Shown here piece after piece: positions 27,673 to 40,069 of a stretch of DNA of 64,000 nucleotides. A program made the translations under genes and the position numbers. Under the pieces are notes generated by a model. That model had not been told where the DNA came from. It made no database searches and saw nothing but the letters and a program-made list of their open reading frames with translations. This stretch comes from Isurus oxyrinchus (lineage: Eukaryota): NCBI GenBank assembly GCA_026770705.1, contig JANJGN010000192.1:496001-560000 (forward strand), in the 5' to 3' direction. Each line of letters starts with the position of its first letter. The stretch's first letter is position 1.

Positions 27673-27688
27673 AGCTCTTTTCAGAGCC
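27673..27688 (+). terminator. Histone mRNA 3' stem-loop (degenerate)
   Basis: AGCTCTTTTCAGAGCC followed by ACAA vs consensus GGCTCTTTTCAGAGCCACCCA, ~30 nt after the H3 stop. A purine-rich HDE-like aaagggaagggatgt follows. Confidence 0.8.
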
Positions 27689-28255
27689 ACAAAATGGACA
27701 AAGGGAAGGGATGTGATCTGTGACTGCTGACACCAGCATTTCCCCACTCCCTAATTGCTCTTTGCAACTGCGATTTTAATAAGACCCAGTGCTTTGCTAG
27801 ACCAATTCAGGGGGATAGTTTAGAGCTCTGTGTCTGGAGTCACATGTTGACCAATCCATGGTCGGAAGGAAAGAGCTAGAACCAGTGATCTGTGTTTGAG
27901 TCCAGAAATGATGTTGATCTTCAGTTAATGGAGGGTGAGTCTGCTATCTGACCTACAATACAGCAACAGCATCTGCGGGACCTGCCAGGACTTCACATTT
28001 CCACAACAGGCACTATGTAAAGCAGTTTCCCAATTCGCAAAATCAATCCCTCTCCCTTTGTACCTCTCACTGGAATTTATGTGACTTAATATCTCACAGA
28101 AAGAAATCGAATCTTCAAAGCTTTGAAAGCCCTGTGCAGATGAACGTTCTCAATTCGGACTTTCATACAACCCAATAAGAGATGAACAGTAATGTTTGCA
28201 GCAAAGTAGTGGGATACAATTTGGAAGTTTACATTGCAAAGCTCTAGTCAGTGTT

Positions 28256-28329
28256 GGCGTTGTGACTTACATGGTTAAAGCGCTTGTTTAATGTAAAAGC
28301 GATTCTGCTTTTCATTGTCAGATGTGTCT
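28256..28329 (+). pseudogene. tRNA-Thr-derived pseudogene
   Basis: ggcgttgtgacttacatggttaaagcgcttgtt vs Thr-AGT GGCGCCGTGGCTTAGTTGGTTAAAGCGCCTGTC. B box destroyed. Confidence 0.7.
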
Positions 28330-28975
28330 TTATCGATTACGTCGATGCATGGCTTTAAATAAAACCATTGACGACCAAAGTCAGCATTGATAATTAGGCG
28401 ACTATATAATGAACCCGGATAGGATCATTGTTTCCTTGGGAAGTCATGCGGGAAGAACATTTTAAAATATTGCCGGTGATAACTGTGGGGAAAGTTTGAA
28501 TGATTTATGTTACTGCGCTTTAGGAAGGAACGAACGGGGAGAGATAAATGTTGGTGCCTTTTTGATGACGTCCTTCGGCTGGCAGATCTATTTCCATCCC
28601 TACAATTTGAGATTTGGACTATTTAGAAGCTTTGTTGATTTCAATGTGATGTCATCACACGTTCCCACTACAAACACTGTTAGAAATTGTTTATTCATTT
28701 TGTAGCTTCCGACTCGAATTATATCTTCCCGAAACCAATGCAATCTTCAAAGCTTTAAATGCCCAGTGCAGATAACTGGCTAACAACAGTTGCGAGGTCA
28801 CACGCCATGTGTCAGGAGTGAGTAGTTGCTGCAAATTAGAATAATTGTAAAATGAAGCCAAAAGGAGTCTGCTGGTCTGCTTGTGAGGAAAAAGGAGCTG
28901 CAGAAGATGAGTCACCTCACAAGGGAATGCATAAAATGCTTGTGACGCCTCTTTTTAAGTAGTGATGGCTGCTCT

Positions 28976-29048
28976 CACTGGGCAGCTCTTTCGTTAGGGC
29001 ACCAGACTTTTAATCTGAGCGTGATAAGTCCATGTCTGGCTGTTCACT
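28976..29048 (+). pseudogene. tRNA-Lys(TTT)-derived pseudogene
   Basis: Anticodon arm cagacttttaatctgag intact; T arm degenerate. Confidence 0.75.
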
Positions 29049-29914
29049 TTCGGCTTAAGATGTTCCCGCCCGGTGAAACGACCAAATGAAACAGCCTTGG
29101 ACGCTGAATTCTTCACGGGGAGCTGAGGAACTGGCGGCGTTACTTTGATTTCCAACAAAGGATCCACTCTCTTGCAATTGTGGTAGCCTCGATCAATTTA
29201 AATTCTTTCCTGGGTTTCCAGGTACTCCTTGTGTGAAGAGTGCTTCCTGACATTCCTCTTGCTTGGCTGGCACCTGCGCTGTGGAACTGTGACCAAAACA
29301 AAAGTCAACATTCAACCCCATTCTTCCTGCCAGGTGAAATGACTTCTCTGTGTTTAAACTAACAATTCACTTTAACAGGCTAGAAGCCTCGATCAGATCA
29401 TTCTTCCATAATGAAGAGAATAGAAAAAACAGTTAATCCCTGAAAATAAAACTAAAGATTTCGTAAGGATCGGGAAGATGGCCGGTGGATTGATTGAGGC
29501 GAATTTCTCCTTCAACGAACCAGCACAGACAGGATGGGCCAAATGGCCTATTTATCGGCTGACCCCATTGTATGCTAATACGAATCGTGGATGATGAAAT
29601 TTAACTCCAGATGTAACCTGCTGAACTCCAGAGCCCACTGGTCAATCAGCGCTGCTTCCTTTCCCAGCTTAGTATAATCCTGATGTATCTTCTGAGCAGT
29701 GTCTGCAACAACATGAGAAATAAGGACAGGTGTGTCATGTGTCTCACGGCTTCACAAACCGTCCACACCTTCTTGGTTGATTGTCCAACTCAATTGCTCC
29801 TTCCTCAAAATTCTTATTTCGTGCTGCCCTACAGCCCCATAACAGATGAAGAATACTCTATGAACTTACAGCAAAATAGTGAAATACGGTTCAAAACATA
29901 ACTGTTTGTGACTT

Positions 29915-29988
29915 AGCAGTATGGTATAGTGGGTCATGTCTTACATATAGTCATGCAGACGATCCTGAGTTCAGATTTCAATGGCGCT
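29915..29988 (+). pseudogene. tRNA-like relic (probably Thr)
   Basis: tggtatagtgg A-box-like word, then tagt, gatcctgagttc and caatggcgc resembling the Thr-AGT 3' half. Confidence 0.4.
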
Positions 29989-30699
29989 GTTATTTATTTA
30001 AAATTAATCAGGCAAAGAGCTGAACATTTTCAGGTCGTGAGGAAGCATGTAGAATGAAGGTGAACATAACGAAGCACAATAGGATCAAAATTCCCTTTGA
30101 AAAGAACGTGCACCGGTATGCTTATGTATCGCTCCCTTTTCAGTTCATCCCAATGTACCAGTGGGTTTGCCATATTACGTGAATGATAACTGCTTTGGGG
30201 TCAGTGCAGAAGTCGTGCAGGACATTTTCTTTTCCTCTCTGTCTTTGTCCACTGCATGCACTTACACAATGAGGGACACCAAGGATCAATCTACGAACGT
30301 CTTAAGGGATTTGAGACGTTTTTCCAGGAAAAAAAAAACAAGATTTTAAAGACATCTCAATCAACCACTAAATTTTGTAAAAACAAATATTTTTCTCCGC
30401 TTTCATTCCACCTGGAAACTGTTGTTGGGATGAACCTCATTGAATAGACGGTGACCGATAAGGTTTGGTCCACTATGGGAAGCTTTGAACTGAGGATGGC
30501 ACAGGACACCAGGGTAGGACTGCAGCGACCCTCGGAACACGTTGAGCGCCTTTTATTTTATTGCTTCCTGAATTTAAGATTCGCTGCTGAGGTCATCATT
30601 TATATTCGGGGCCTCGTTCCCAATCAGTGTTTAATTGTCCACCGCCTTTCACGACTGGAAGTGACAGAACTGCACAGCTTAGATCCGATGTCTTGGTTA

Positions 30700-31260
30700 T
30701 GAAATCACATCAAAAGCGATTGTCTATGAGGACAACAGACTTGGCACAAAAAAACGAAGAATGGTGTAATGGGAATAACATAATTAGGATTTCTAAGTGT
30801 CCCTAAGAGTTCAGCCTCAGCTCCTGCATCCCGTCTGGTTCTGGGCGCTACAATTTAGGAAGGATATTAAGGATGCTGGAAGGAGAGCAGAAAAAATTCA
30901 CGAGATGGCTGCTGAGATGAGGAACTTCAGTTAGGAAGATAGATTGTAGAGGTTAGGACTGTTTTTCTGGGAGAAAATAAGTCTGAATGGAGATTTGATA
31001 GAAGGATGGAAAATCACGAGCGACCTGAGCAGATTTGATGGGAGGAAAGGGCTCCCGTTCGTGAAAGGATCAAGTTCGAGCTGTTGCAGATTTAAAGTAG
31101 TTGCCAAAAAAAAACTGAGACGAAGAAAAATAGAACTTTATTTTTTCTCGCAGGAAGAGGTTAAGGTCTGGAATGCAGCGCCTGTGATTGAGGTGAAATT
31201 AACTGCAAGGGAAGAATTAAGAACGGACTGTTATCTGGAAAGGAAGAACGTTCATGCTTG
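30700..31260 (+). mobile_element. CR1 3' fragment between cassette copies
   Basis: ttctgggcgctacaatttaggaaggatatt...agttaggaagatagattg...ggactgttt...ggagatttgataga (FW.P..RKDI..LE..Q...GLF..E..RL.GDLIE). Confidence 0.8.
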
Positions 31261-31414
31261 CAACTTAATATCAAACCTGAAGAAATACAATCTTCAAAGT
31301 TTTGAAAGCCCAGTGCAGGTGAAAGTTTTCAATTCGCACAAATGAACAATAATATTTGCAGCGAAGAAGTGGGATGCAATTCAGAACTTTGCTTTGTAAA
31401 CTCTGGTCAGTGTT

Positions 31415-31488
31415 GGGCTTGTGACTTGGTTATTTAAAACGCTGCTTTAATACACATGAGATACTCTGTTAAAATGTCAGTGGCACCT
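31415..31488 (+). pseudogene. tRNA-Thr-derived pseudogene
   Basis: Positional and sequence homologue of 28256-28329 (gtgacttggttatttaaaacgc...gagatac...cagtggcacct). Confidence 0.55.
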
Positions 31489-32171
31489 TTATCCTTTCAG
31501 TCAATGCATGGTTTTAAATTTAACCAATGACGTCCTGAAACAGAGTAGGGAATTAGGAGCCGATGTAATGAAGCCAAACAGGATCACCGTTTCCTTGGGA
31601 GGTTCAAGTGGAAGGAGCAATTTGAAATATTGCCGGCGAAAATGATGAGCGAGAGTTGAATTTTTTGCGTCACTGCATGTTCGCCAGGAATGAATGAGGA
31701 GGGATAAGTGTTGCAGTCCTTTTTGATAAGACCCTTGGGTTGACACTTTCTTTAACCCGACACTTTGTGATTTGCACAATGTCTCGCGTTACTCTGAATG
31801 AGCTTCGTGGTTTTCAGTGTGACGGTATCACCGGTTCCCACAACAAGCACCATATGATTTTTTTAATCCACTTGAGAAATCTACCTCTGTGCCTTTTGTA
31901 GCTTCCCACTCCAATTATATCTTACCAAAACCGACGAATACTGCAAAGGTTTAAAGGCCCAGCTCAGATGCCTGGGCAACAGGTGTTGTCAAATCATACA
32001 TTGCTGGTAAGGAACGAGTAGTTGGTTCAAATTAGAATAATTGTGAAATGAAGCCAAAGGGAGGCTGCCGGTCTGCCTCTGAGGGGAATGCGCTGCAGAG
32101 GATGAAATACCTAACAGGAAAATTGAACAAAAGCTTGTGATATCTCTTGTTCGACAGTGATGGGGAGTAGA

Positions 32172-32250
32172 GGCTGAGTAGCTCTAGAGAGCTCTGTAGC
32201 GCATCAGACATATAACCTGAGGGTCCAGGCTTGAAGTCCCAGTCTATCGG
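32172..32250 (+). pseudogene. tRNA-Lys-derived pseudogene
   Basis: gcatcagacatataacctgagggtccaggcttgaagtccc vs GCATCAGACTTTTAATCTGAGGGTCCAGGGTTCAAGTCCC. Small internal duplication of agctct in the D arm. Confidence 0.75.
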
Positions 32251-33974
32251 TTGCCTTTTGGATCAAGCTGTTGATTGCAAGTAAAACGACAAAAGACAGA
32301 AAAATGGACGCTGACATCTTCAAGGAGAACTGAGGTAACGTTTCGTTTATTTCCAAGGAAAGATCCACCCTCTCGAAACTGGGGTAGCCTCGATCAATTT
32401 ATGAATTGTTACTTGGATTCCTGATGCTCCAAGTGTGATAAGTGCTTCCTGACATATCCGTTATTTGGCACAATCTTTGCAGACCTGTGGCAAAACAAAA
32501 TGTTAAAATTCAATCCCGTTCTTGCCACCAGAGGAGAAGACTTCTCTGCGTTTAACCTAACAATTCATTTTAACAGGTTAAAAACTTCAACCAGAGCACG
32601 CTTCATTCTCCTGTAATCAAGGGAACAGAAAAAAATATGAATCCCTGAAAGTAGAAAAAAAATTGTGCAGGGATGGAGGGAAGTCGGGGGGATTGACAGT
32701 GGGCGAATTTCTCCCTTAAAGAGCCAGTACAAGCAGGATAGGGCAAATGGCCTCTCTCTATTCTGTATACATTCTATGTTGATTCGAATCTAGGATGATG
32801 AATCTTTAACTCCAAAAAAAACCTAATGAATTCGGGAATCGCACTGGTGAATCAGCACCGCTTCCATTCCAAGCTCTGTATAATCCTGGTGTTCCCTCTG
32901 AGCGGTGTCAGTAAGAAAATGAGAAAAAGGAGCAGGTGTATCATGTGTCTCACGTCTTTTTAAATATTCCAGAACTTTCTGTTTGGATATCCGTTTCAAT
33001 TGCTCCTTTCTGAAAATTCGCAATTCGTGCTGTTCTACAGCCCCATAGCAAATGAATAATTCCAAACGAGTTTGCTGCAAAATAATCAAACACAGTTCAA
33101 AACAGTGCTGGGTGATGTTGCTTGTAACTTAGCGCCGCGGATCGTTTCTTACATTTAATATTGCAGACGGTTCAAAGTTCGGTTCTCAATAACGCGGTTA
33201 TTTATTTCAAATTAATTAGGTAAAGAGCTGAACATTTTCAAGTCGGGAGGAAGCATATAGAATGACGTGCAAATGTAAAGAAGCACAGTAGGGTCGAAAT
33301 TCTCTTCGAAGCGAACATGCACCCTTGTTCTTAAGAATTGCTCCCTCTTCTTTTCATCCTAATGAACTTGTGGGTTTGCACTGTTACCCGAATGATAACC
33401 GGTTCGGGGTTATTGCAAAAGTTATGCAGTGGATGCCATTTTCTTTTCCTGTTAGACCTTTATCTGCCGCACACACTTTAAAAAAAACGATATTACGGGT
33501 ACATTTACGAAAGCCTTAAGAGATTTCAGAGGTAAAGGGTGAATGAGAGAATAGACTAGCAGATGTTTTTTTTTTACTCTATGGATATAAATATAAAAGG
33601 TTGCAAAAACAGGAATTGGCCGAATAGGGACTAAAACGGAATTTCACGCCTGGAACCAGATGATTATACCGTGTTTGCCAGGAAAGAAAAACACGGCCAA
33701 AGGCAGAATGAAACTCGACGTAGTTGTGAAATTGGATGCTCGACAATTGTAGAAAGAGGCGGCATTATAAACCTGGCTTTTCTTAAATGTTGACAATACA
33801 CCTGGATTGGTTCAGGGGCAGGGTGTTGAGGAAAGAAAGTTTGGAAATTGTGGAGGGTAGTGGGCCGCAAATTTCCAATCCTGCTTAGTTATAACGGACG
33901 ATGCTAGAGAATTTTAGAATTGCAAATGTTATACCATTCTTCACAAAATTTAACTAATTATCATTTTGTAAACC

Positions 33975-34400
33975 ACACACGCATCCTCCCTTTGGCTTCA
34001 TTTCACAAATCTTCCAACTTGCATCAACTACTCATTTTAACCAGTGGAGTGTGACGTAACAATTGTTATCCTGGTCTGTGCAATGGACCTTCAAAGCCTT
34101 GAAGGGTGTATTTAATTCAGGGAGCTATTATGTTGCAGAAATTGAAAACGGAAGCTCCAAAGGCACAGAGATGGATTTCTCAGTGTGTAATCCATTTATT
34201 ATGGTGTTTGTTTGGGCAAAGTGTGATACTATTCCCTTGAAAGCAATACAGCTCATTCGGAATAACGTTTAGATTGTGTGAATAACTAAGTTTAGGGAAG
34301 TAAATGTATCTGCCAACCCCAGACCATCATTAAAACGATCCACCATTTAACCCTACCCACTCTTTCTTGCATAACGTGCAGTAACATAAACCAGTGAATC
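33975..34400 (-). repeat. Inverted partial copy of the tRNA cassette
   Basis: cctccctttggcttcatttcacaa is the reverse complement of ttgtgaaatgaagccaaagggagg (32041). aggcacagagatggatttctc matches the reverse complement of ~31875-31895. Confidence 0.75.
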
Positions 34401-35231
34401 TCTTCCCTTGGTCTGCTAAACCTGTAATAAAACAAAGTGCTTCCTTAAGTAAACACCTCTAAATGTAATGTTGGTCCATTCAGGCTTCTTAATATCGGCA
34501 CATAAACGCAAAAATTTTTTTCGGACGGTGTTACGTTGATGTAACCTTCATAACATCTGCCTCCATGTTATTTCTTACTGGGTTTAACAGGTTTGGTTTC
34601 GTCACGTTTCTATCTTTGCCCCTTCATATTACATTTGGGCGGTTGCTATGCAGCCATTCACAACCCCATCTGGACATACCTTTTGATTCTTTACCATAAC
34701 CATTACAACTCTCTGTGGATGTTGCATGAAGAATCATATTCTCCCCTTCCCTCCACCATCACATACATTCGCCTTTGTAAATCCTGCCCTTTCCTGCTCT
34801 CCACGTTTTTAATACTTGGTATATTTCTATCTTTCTTCATTTCTGATGATAAGTCATCGACCTGCATAGTTCACTCTGATACCTCCACTGGTGCCTCCGA
34901 CCGCTGAGGATTTCCAGGATTTTTAAAAAAATATTCCCAGCAATCACGCTGCATTGATTTACTATCTGAAAGATCGGTGGAATGAGATTCAATCTGAATA
35001 TAAAAATAACTAATTTACAGGGTGACTTGGAAACTTGATTGTGGACAAAATTGACATCTCTTTCCAAAAACAGGCACAGAGTAGATTGGCTGACAGGCCT
35101 CCTTCTGAGCTGCAGGATTTGATGAATCACGGCTTTAATTTCTGTGTTGACTGGGAGATTAGAAAATAGCTGAACACGTGAAGGTGATGAACAAACGGTT
35201 CCAGGTAATTGTCTGATGTTTTCTACCGAAC

Positions 35232-35949
35232 ATGTAACATATGTAAGAGGATTTCAAGCACAACATAGGTCTACAAATTTCTGCTATATTAACTCCGAAA
35301 ACCCTTAATTAACCTCGCTTCCACTTACACTCCCGTTAAGGAAATAGTAAAAATAAATATATTTAAACAGACCCAGCAAGTCGACACAATACCCTGGGCA
35401 GAAGTATTCAAAGTGGCTATTCCAAGCTTCAGTCTGTGTAGACAGCAGGCTTAATGCACAAATGCTGAAGGCTGTTTACACTTCCAGTCGACCTTAGAAT
35501 GCCTTCCCTGTCATCGTTCTCCTTTATACATGTTTGTACTTTTTAATGTGAGCCCCATTGTTCCCAGGTGTCTTTGGAACTTTACCTTTCTCATAATATG
35601 AACCATATTGCTAATCATAGTGCTAATATTATCTGGAACCTTTGCGAAAAAATAAACACGCTGATTGTTTGCCTTCTCTGGCTAGGTGTAACATCCAACC
35701 ATCTCATTGAAATTCAAACTACTGCGATTTAACTGCAAATTCTGCTCAGCTCACATTCTAAGACGTCAGCCATGTTTTCCCATTTAGCATTTAAAACCTA
35801 GCTTCATTGATGATTTAAAGCCTCCAGACAAGCTGTCTCCAATGCAATTACATCCCCCACACACTCAGAGAAACTAATCAAATGCGACTATTACCAACGT
35901 TTACAATAAATCACAATAATGTTATGAGAATTATGGTACGTTCGTGACA
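35232..35949. mobile_element. LTR-like element
   Basis: Ends gttcgtgaca. Internal blocks (ctcccgttaagg, ctcctttatacatgttt, aaaaataaacac) are shared with 9021-9725 and 25155-26066. Confidence 0.45.
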
Positions 35950-36329
35950 TCAGGAATTCCGTCCCTTAAGCTCTGAGCCCCTCTAACTCTCTCTTCTTTC
36001 AAACACTCAAATCTACTTATTAGGTGAGACAGTTCGTCATTTTCCTAAATAGCTCCATGTGAAGCTTGGGTTTAAATGTTGATATATAACGCTCCTTTCA
36101 AGCACATTGGCAAGAGGAGGGGTGTGGATTGTTATTTTGTGAAATGCAACAGATACATGGGAGATTCTGCTGTGTTGTTCAGTTCAGCGGGTTTCAAAAT
36201 GAAATTGTGTGGATCCCTTCAATGTTACTATATCCCTCCGGTCAGAGCTCGGGTTGTGGAATATTGATGAGGGTCACTCCTCAATCTGGGATGACGAGTT
36301 TTATCTAACGTTGGCTCCCATTTTTAGCA

Positions 36330-36850
36330 GCAGATACCACAGGATATCCACGTTCATCATGCCGGACCTCCACCATCGATTTGTAATTTGGTAATTTCCA
36401 TGATGTGACCAGGAATGCACACAGTACTCAAATTGTGGCCTAACTAATAATTGATAAAGTACCTCCATAACCTCCCTGCTAGTATGTCTTATGCCTCATC
36501 TAATAAGCGAAATGTTTCTACTTGACTTCTTAAACACCTCATTGGCCTTTCAAGTAACATTCGGGAATCTGTAGAGATTCGATCCAATGTCCATCACTTC
36601 CTCTATACCTCCCAGTACTCTCTTCATTAATTGTGTATTCCCTTCGACTTGTTTGAGTTCCCCAGCTGTATTACATCGCTCTTCCGCGGGTTGAATTCCA
36701 TTTGGCACTTTTCTGACCATCTAACCATTCAATTGATAACTTCCTGCTTTCAAACCTCGTCACTATCAAACACAACCACTATTCTTGTTGCCTGAAAACT
36801 TCATGAAGATTCCCCCTATATATATTGCCAAATAGCTAATATGTGCCATG
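36330..36850 (-). mobile_element. CR1 fragment
   Basis: tgtgaccaggaatgcacacagtactcaaattgtggcctaac and ttgaattccatttggcac are standard reverse-complement CR1 RT blocks. Confidence 0.7.
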
Positions 36851-37149
36851 AAGAGCACGGCTAACTATGCATGTGGCTTTTTTTCAGGAGAGAAATCTGC
36901 TTGGTACAAATCCATCTCCCAAACACCCGTAACGCTGATGTTTTCAGGATTCACTTCGGTGCTCGGGCGCTCTTTAAAATGTATGTTCTCCGTTCGCTCT
37001 GCAATACAGCCTGATAAACAATTCCCAGTGATGTTTGCAGCAAAACAGTGCAACGGATTGGAAAACTTTGCATTATAACTGCGCACCGTTGATTGGTGAC
37101 ACATAACAACCTGGGCTCAGAAATCAATGCCGCCCCCGTCTAATTCCAA

Positions 37150-37900
37150 CCAATCTCGAACGCTTCGTTATGAAGGCAGCCAGAAGAGGGTAAACGCGAG
37201 TCAAAACAAGAGTGAGCTCCCCCCACAATGTTGCTCTGTGACTTGGGAAGCGGCGCTGTTGCATAACTGTTAATCAGGTAAATACATCAATCACACGGGC
37301 AGTTGGCCTGTTACTTACCACTTTCCCAACTTGCTCTGATCGCCTCAAGTCATCGATTAAGGGCCAGGCGGAAATATATTTCGGTTCCCTGACATTGCAA
37401 CTCCCCTGAATGATAGCACGAAGTGTAAATTTCAACAGGCATTCGGTAATTTCTCGTTTAAGCCACCGTCTTGCATTTACCATGAAATCCATACGCTTCA
37501 GTTCCAACATCCTGGAGATACGGCAACATTTCGACACTATTTTTACTTCAGTGCTTGAAGTGCTTATTCTTATTAAATTTAGCATCGTTCTTAAGGCAGT
37601 TGTGAATGAACAACTTACACTGGTCATGCGCGACATGCCCATCATCGCAAGAAGTAAATAGAAAAGAGATTGCATAGATATCAGCCTATTGATGACGGGA
37701 GAATTTGCAGCTGAAGGTTTGCTTTGGACAGGTTATTTTCATCATTGACAAGAAGGAGAAGTTATCTGTTACGGAACAGCTTTGTGAGGGTCGGATCATT
37801 CAGCAGCTCTGGGAGAAACAGACACTCACAGCTCGCTGGTAATGTGAAGTTTCAACTCGACAAACAGGAGTTCCAGACTGTGCACAATCAATCAGCAAGG
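37150..37900 (+). repeat. Copy 1 of a ~0.75-kb direct repeat, probably a heavily decayed GPR139-like gene
   Basis: Colinear with 38420-39210 (gccagg(c/t)ggaaatatatttc, caacaggca(t/c)tcggt, aaatagaaaa, gcagctctggg). Confidence 0.7.
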
Positions 37901-37970
37901 AATAATGCTGAATCCTCCACTCACCGCCAGTTGAATTTGAAAACCAGATACTAGAGTGAAAGCTTTAAGT

Positions 37971-38044
37971 GGCCGGTTAGCTCAGCTGGTTAGAGCGTGG
38001 TGCTAATAACGCCAAGGTCGCGGGTTCGATCCCCGTACGGGCCA
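37971..38044 (+). tRNA. tRNA-Ile, anticodon AAT (intact)
   Basis: GGCCGGTTAGCTCAGCTGGTTAGAGCGTGGTGCTAATAACGCCAAGGTCGCGGGTTCGATCCCCGTACGGGCCA is the canonical vertebrate Ile-AAT. A and B boxes intact, with a TTTT Pol III terminator at 38050-38053. Confidence 0.97.
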
Positions 38045-38419
38045 ACCCCTTTTATTCGACTTCGAAGGAATTCAAGTTATTAACAACCCTCTGCACGACA
38101 ACAATAACTCGCTTCGCAACAATTTCACGCAAATACTGCATCTGTCAGCAAAGTCTATCCATTACCAAATTTCTCAACAGTTGGTCAGCTGCTGGCCAGG
38201 CCAAAAAGACATTTGCTTCTTCGAGATGTCTTTTAAAAAAGCAGCACAATATATTCCTAATTTGTTGTTAAGTATTCTCAAATATGACCGGAACGAAGTA
38301 AAATACTGAACTGCGCAACGTCTACTTCATTGCTGAGCTACGTGTAAGCAACGGATAAACTAGGTCGCTGAGAAACCAATGTTTTCCCGTCTAACTTGTC
38401 GTAATTCCAATCTCTGCCT

Positions 38420-39210
38420 GACAATGTAGCCACGAAGACACCCAACAGAGGGTAAACCCAACGAAGAATAACTGGGAGGTCTCCCCACGGTTTAGTAGCT
38501 TTTCTGTATGACTGTTCCTGGGATGGATTTGTAAATCACCAAGGGCAATCGGCCTGTTATTTGTTCTCTCGTTTACTGGTTCCGCAACTTGCTCTAATCG
38601 CCTAAAGCCGCTTACTGAGAGCCAGGTGGAAATATATTTCAGTTTCCTTCTCTTGCAACTTCCCCGACATTTACTACCAAATTTAAAATTCAACAGGCAC
38701 TCGGTCATTTCTTGCTAAAGAACCCGTCATAATTCGTAAACACTGTGACCGTCTTACTTCTCATTCGCAATTCAGTTCCAATTGCAAGTTTCACTTGCAT
38801 CAACCTGAGGACAGGGCAACATCTCAAAACTAATTTTACTTCAATGTTTGAAGTTCTTTCACTGTGTCAATGTAGCAATCCTTCTCAAGGCAATTTCGGA
38901 TGAGCAACTTATACTGGTCGTGGAGGCATATCCATATCTCATGAAATAAATAGAAAAAATTTGATTGGATAAGATGTCAGCCTGTTGATGGCGAGAAATT
39001 TTTCAGGTTGTGGTTTGCTTTCGGCGGAATATTTTCAACATTCAGAGGGGGATCGTTGAAGTTGCTGAGCAGCTTTGTGAAGATGGGAACAATGAGGCAG
39101 CTCTGGGGAAAACTCATTCCCTTCCAGCTCGCCGGTAACCTGAAGCTTTCCATTTACAAATACGGTAGTTCCAATGTTCCAGCTGGTGCGCGGTCAGTCA
39201 GCAAGGACTG
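38420..39210 (+). repeat. Copy 2 of the ~0.75-kb direct repeat, probably a heavily decayed GPR139-like gene
   Basis: Colinear with 37150-37900. 38698-38800 also aligns with 39693-39790 inside the GPCR pseudogene, and ggcaatcggcctg resembles GN(C)GL codons. Confidence 0.7.
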
Positions 39211-39309
39211 AGTGTCGATAGTCCTTGGGTCATTCTTCAGTAACATTCCAGGCACAGAATCCGAGTGACCCCCGCCCCCCTGCTGCCTTGATACTGTGTC
39301 AAAGAAGTT

Positions 39310-39893
39310 TACTGGAAGGATATTGAGCGTATATTGTTTTCATGCTTTGAAAAAGTGTCTGTATGTATGATAGGAAAGAATCATGGCTCATAATTCTCAG
39401 TCGGAACACATCTGAACATTCCCTGTACATACTGTGATATTTATCTGGCTGTCGCTATTACTGATCTCGATTCCCTGTTTCATACGGAGAACCTATTGAC
39501 AATCATGATTCTCGCCTGAAGAAACTCCGGCCTTTCCAAATGTATCTCTGTCAGTATGGTGTCTGGCAAAAACAGATCTACTGATCATGTTCTTCATATA
39601 TTAGACTATCAAACTTTCAGCAAAGTCTAACACATTCATTCCTCTCCAACACTGTCATTGTTATGGCAGTACCAAACTTTAACTGGAGCAGGTACTCCGT
39701 CATTTCGCGCTGAAGCACCCGTCATAAATTGACACTGAAGTGGCCGCATTACTTCTGATACGCATTTAGCTCCATTTCCAATCTTCAGTTGTCACTGTCA
39801 CTGTCAGCGATATATGGCTAGAATTTTAAAGCAAACTATGTCACTGTAAAAACTGCTACAGTGCCCATAACAGCGGTCTCCGTGCTGATCTAT
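39310..39893 (+). pseudogene. GPR139/142-like GPCR pseudogene (exon-1 relic, short intron, TM1-TM4 of exon 2)
   Basis: From 39490: NLLTIMILA*RNSGLSKCISVSMV/..DLLIMF...HSFLSNT...FKANYVTVKTATV.ITAVSVLIY, with a stop and frameshifts. Truncated near an L2 fragment. Confidence 0.8.
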
Positions 39894-40069
39894 GGGGAGA
39901 ATTTGCCATTTCGGTTGCCTAGGAACACAAATGTTCATTTATCAGCAACTGAACAAACTGCAAAAACGGGTGATCAACAAAGTGATCAATAACAATGTTC
40001 ACTAGGATTCCCGCCTTGGCGCGGATTTTGTTTCCATCGTCTTCCGGGGTAGCGGACTTTTCGCATGTA

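Larger units (their letters stand above)
28100..30330 (+). repeat. ~2.2-kb tRNA cassette copy (Thr-Lys-Thr-like relics)
   Basis: Colinear with 31285-33530, e.g. atcttcaaagctttgaaagccctgtgcag vs atcttcaaagttttgaaagcccagtgcag, and shared aaagagctgaacattttca. Confidence 0.85.
31285..33530 (+). repeat. ~2.2-kb tRNA cassette copy
   Basis: Colinear with 28100-30330. Confidence 0.85.

Noticed and set aside
37274-37675. 133-aa minus-strand ORF next to tRNA-Ile
   Set aside because: No recognisable domain, and the frame is not preserved over the paralogous copy at 38420-39210.
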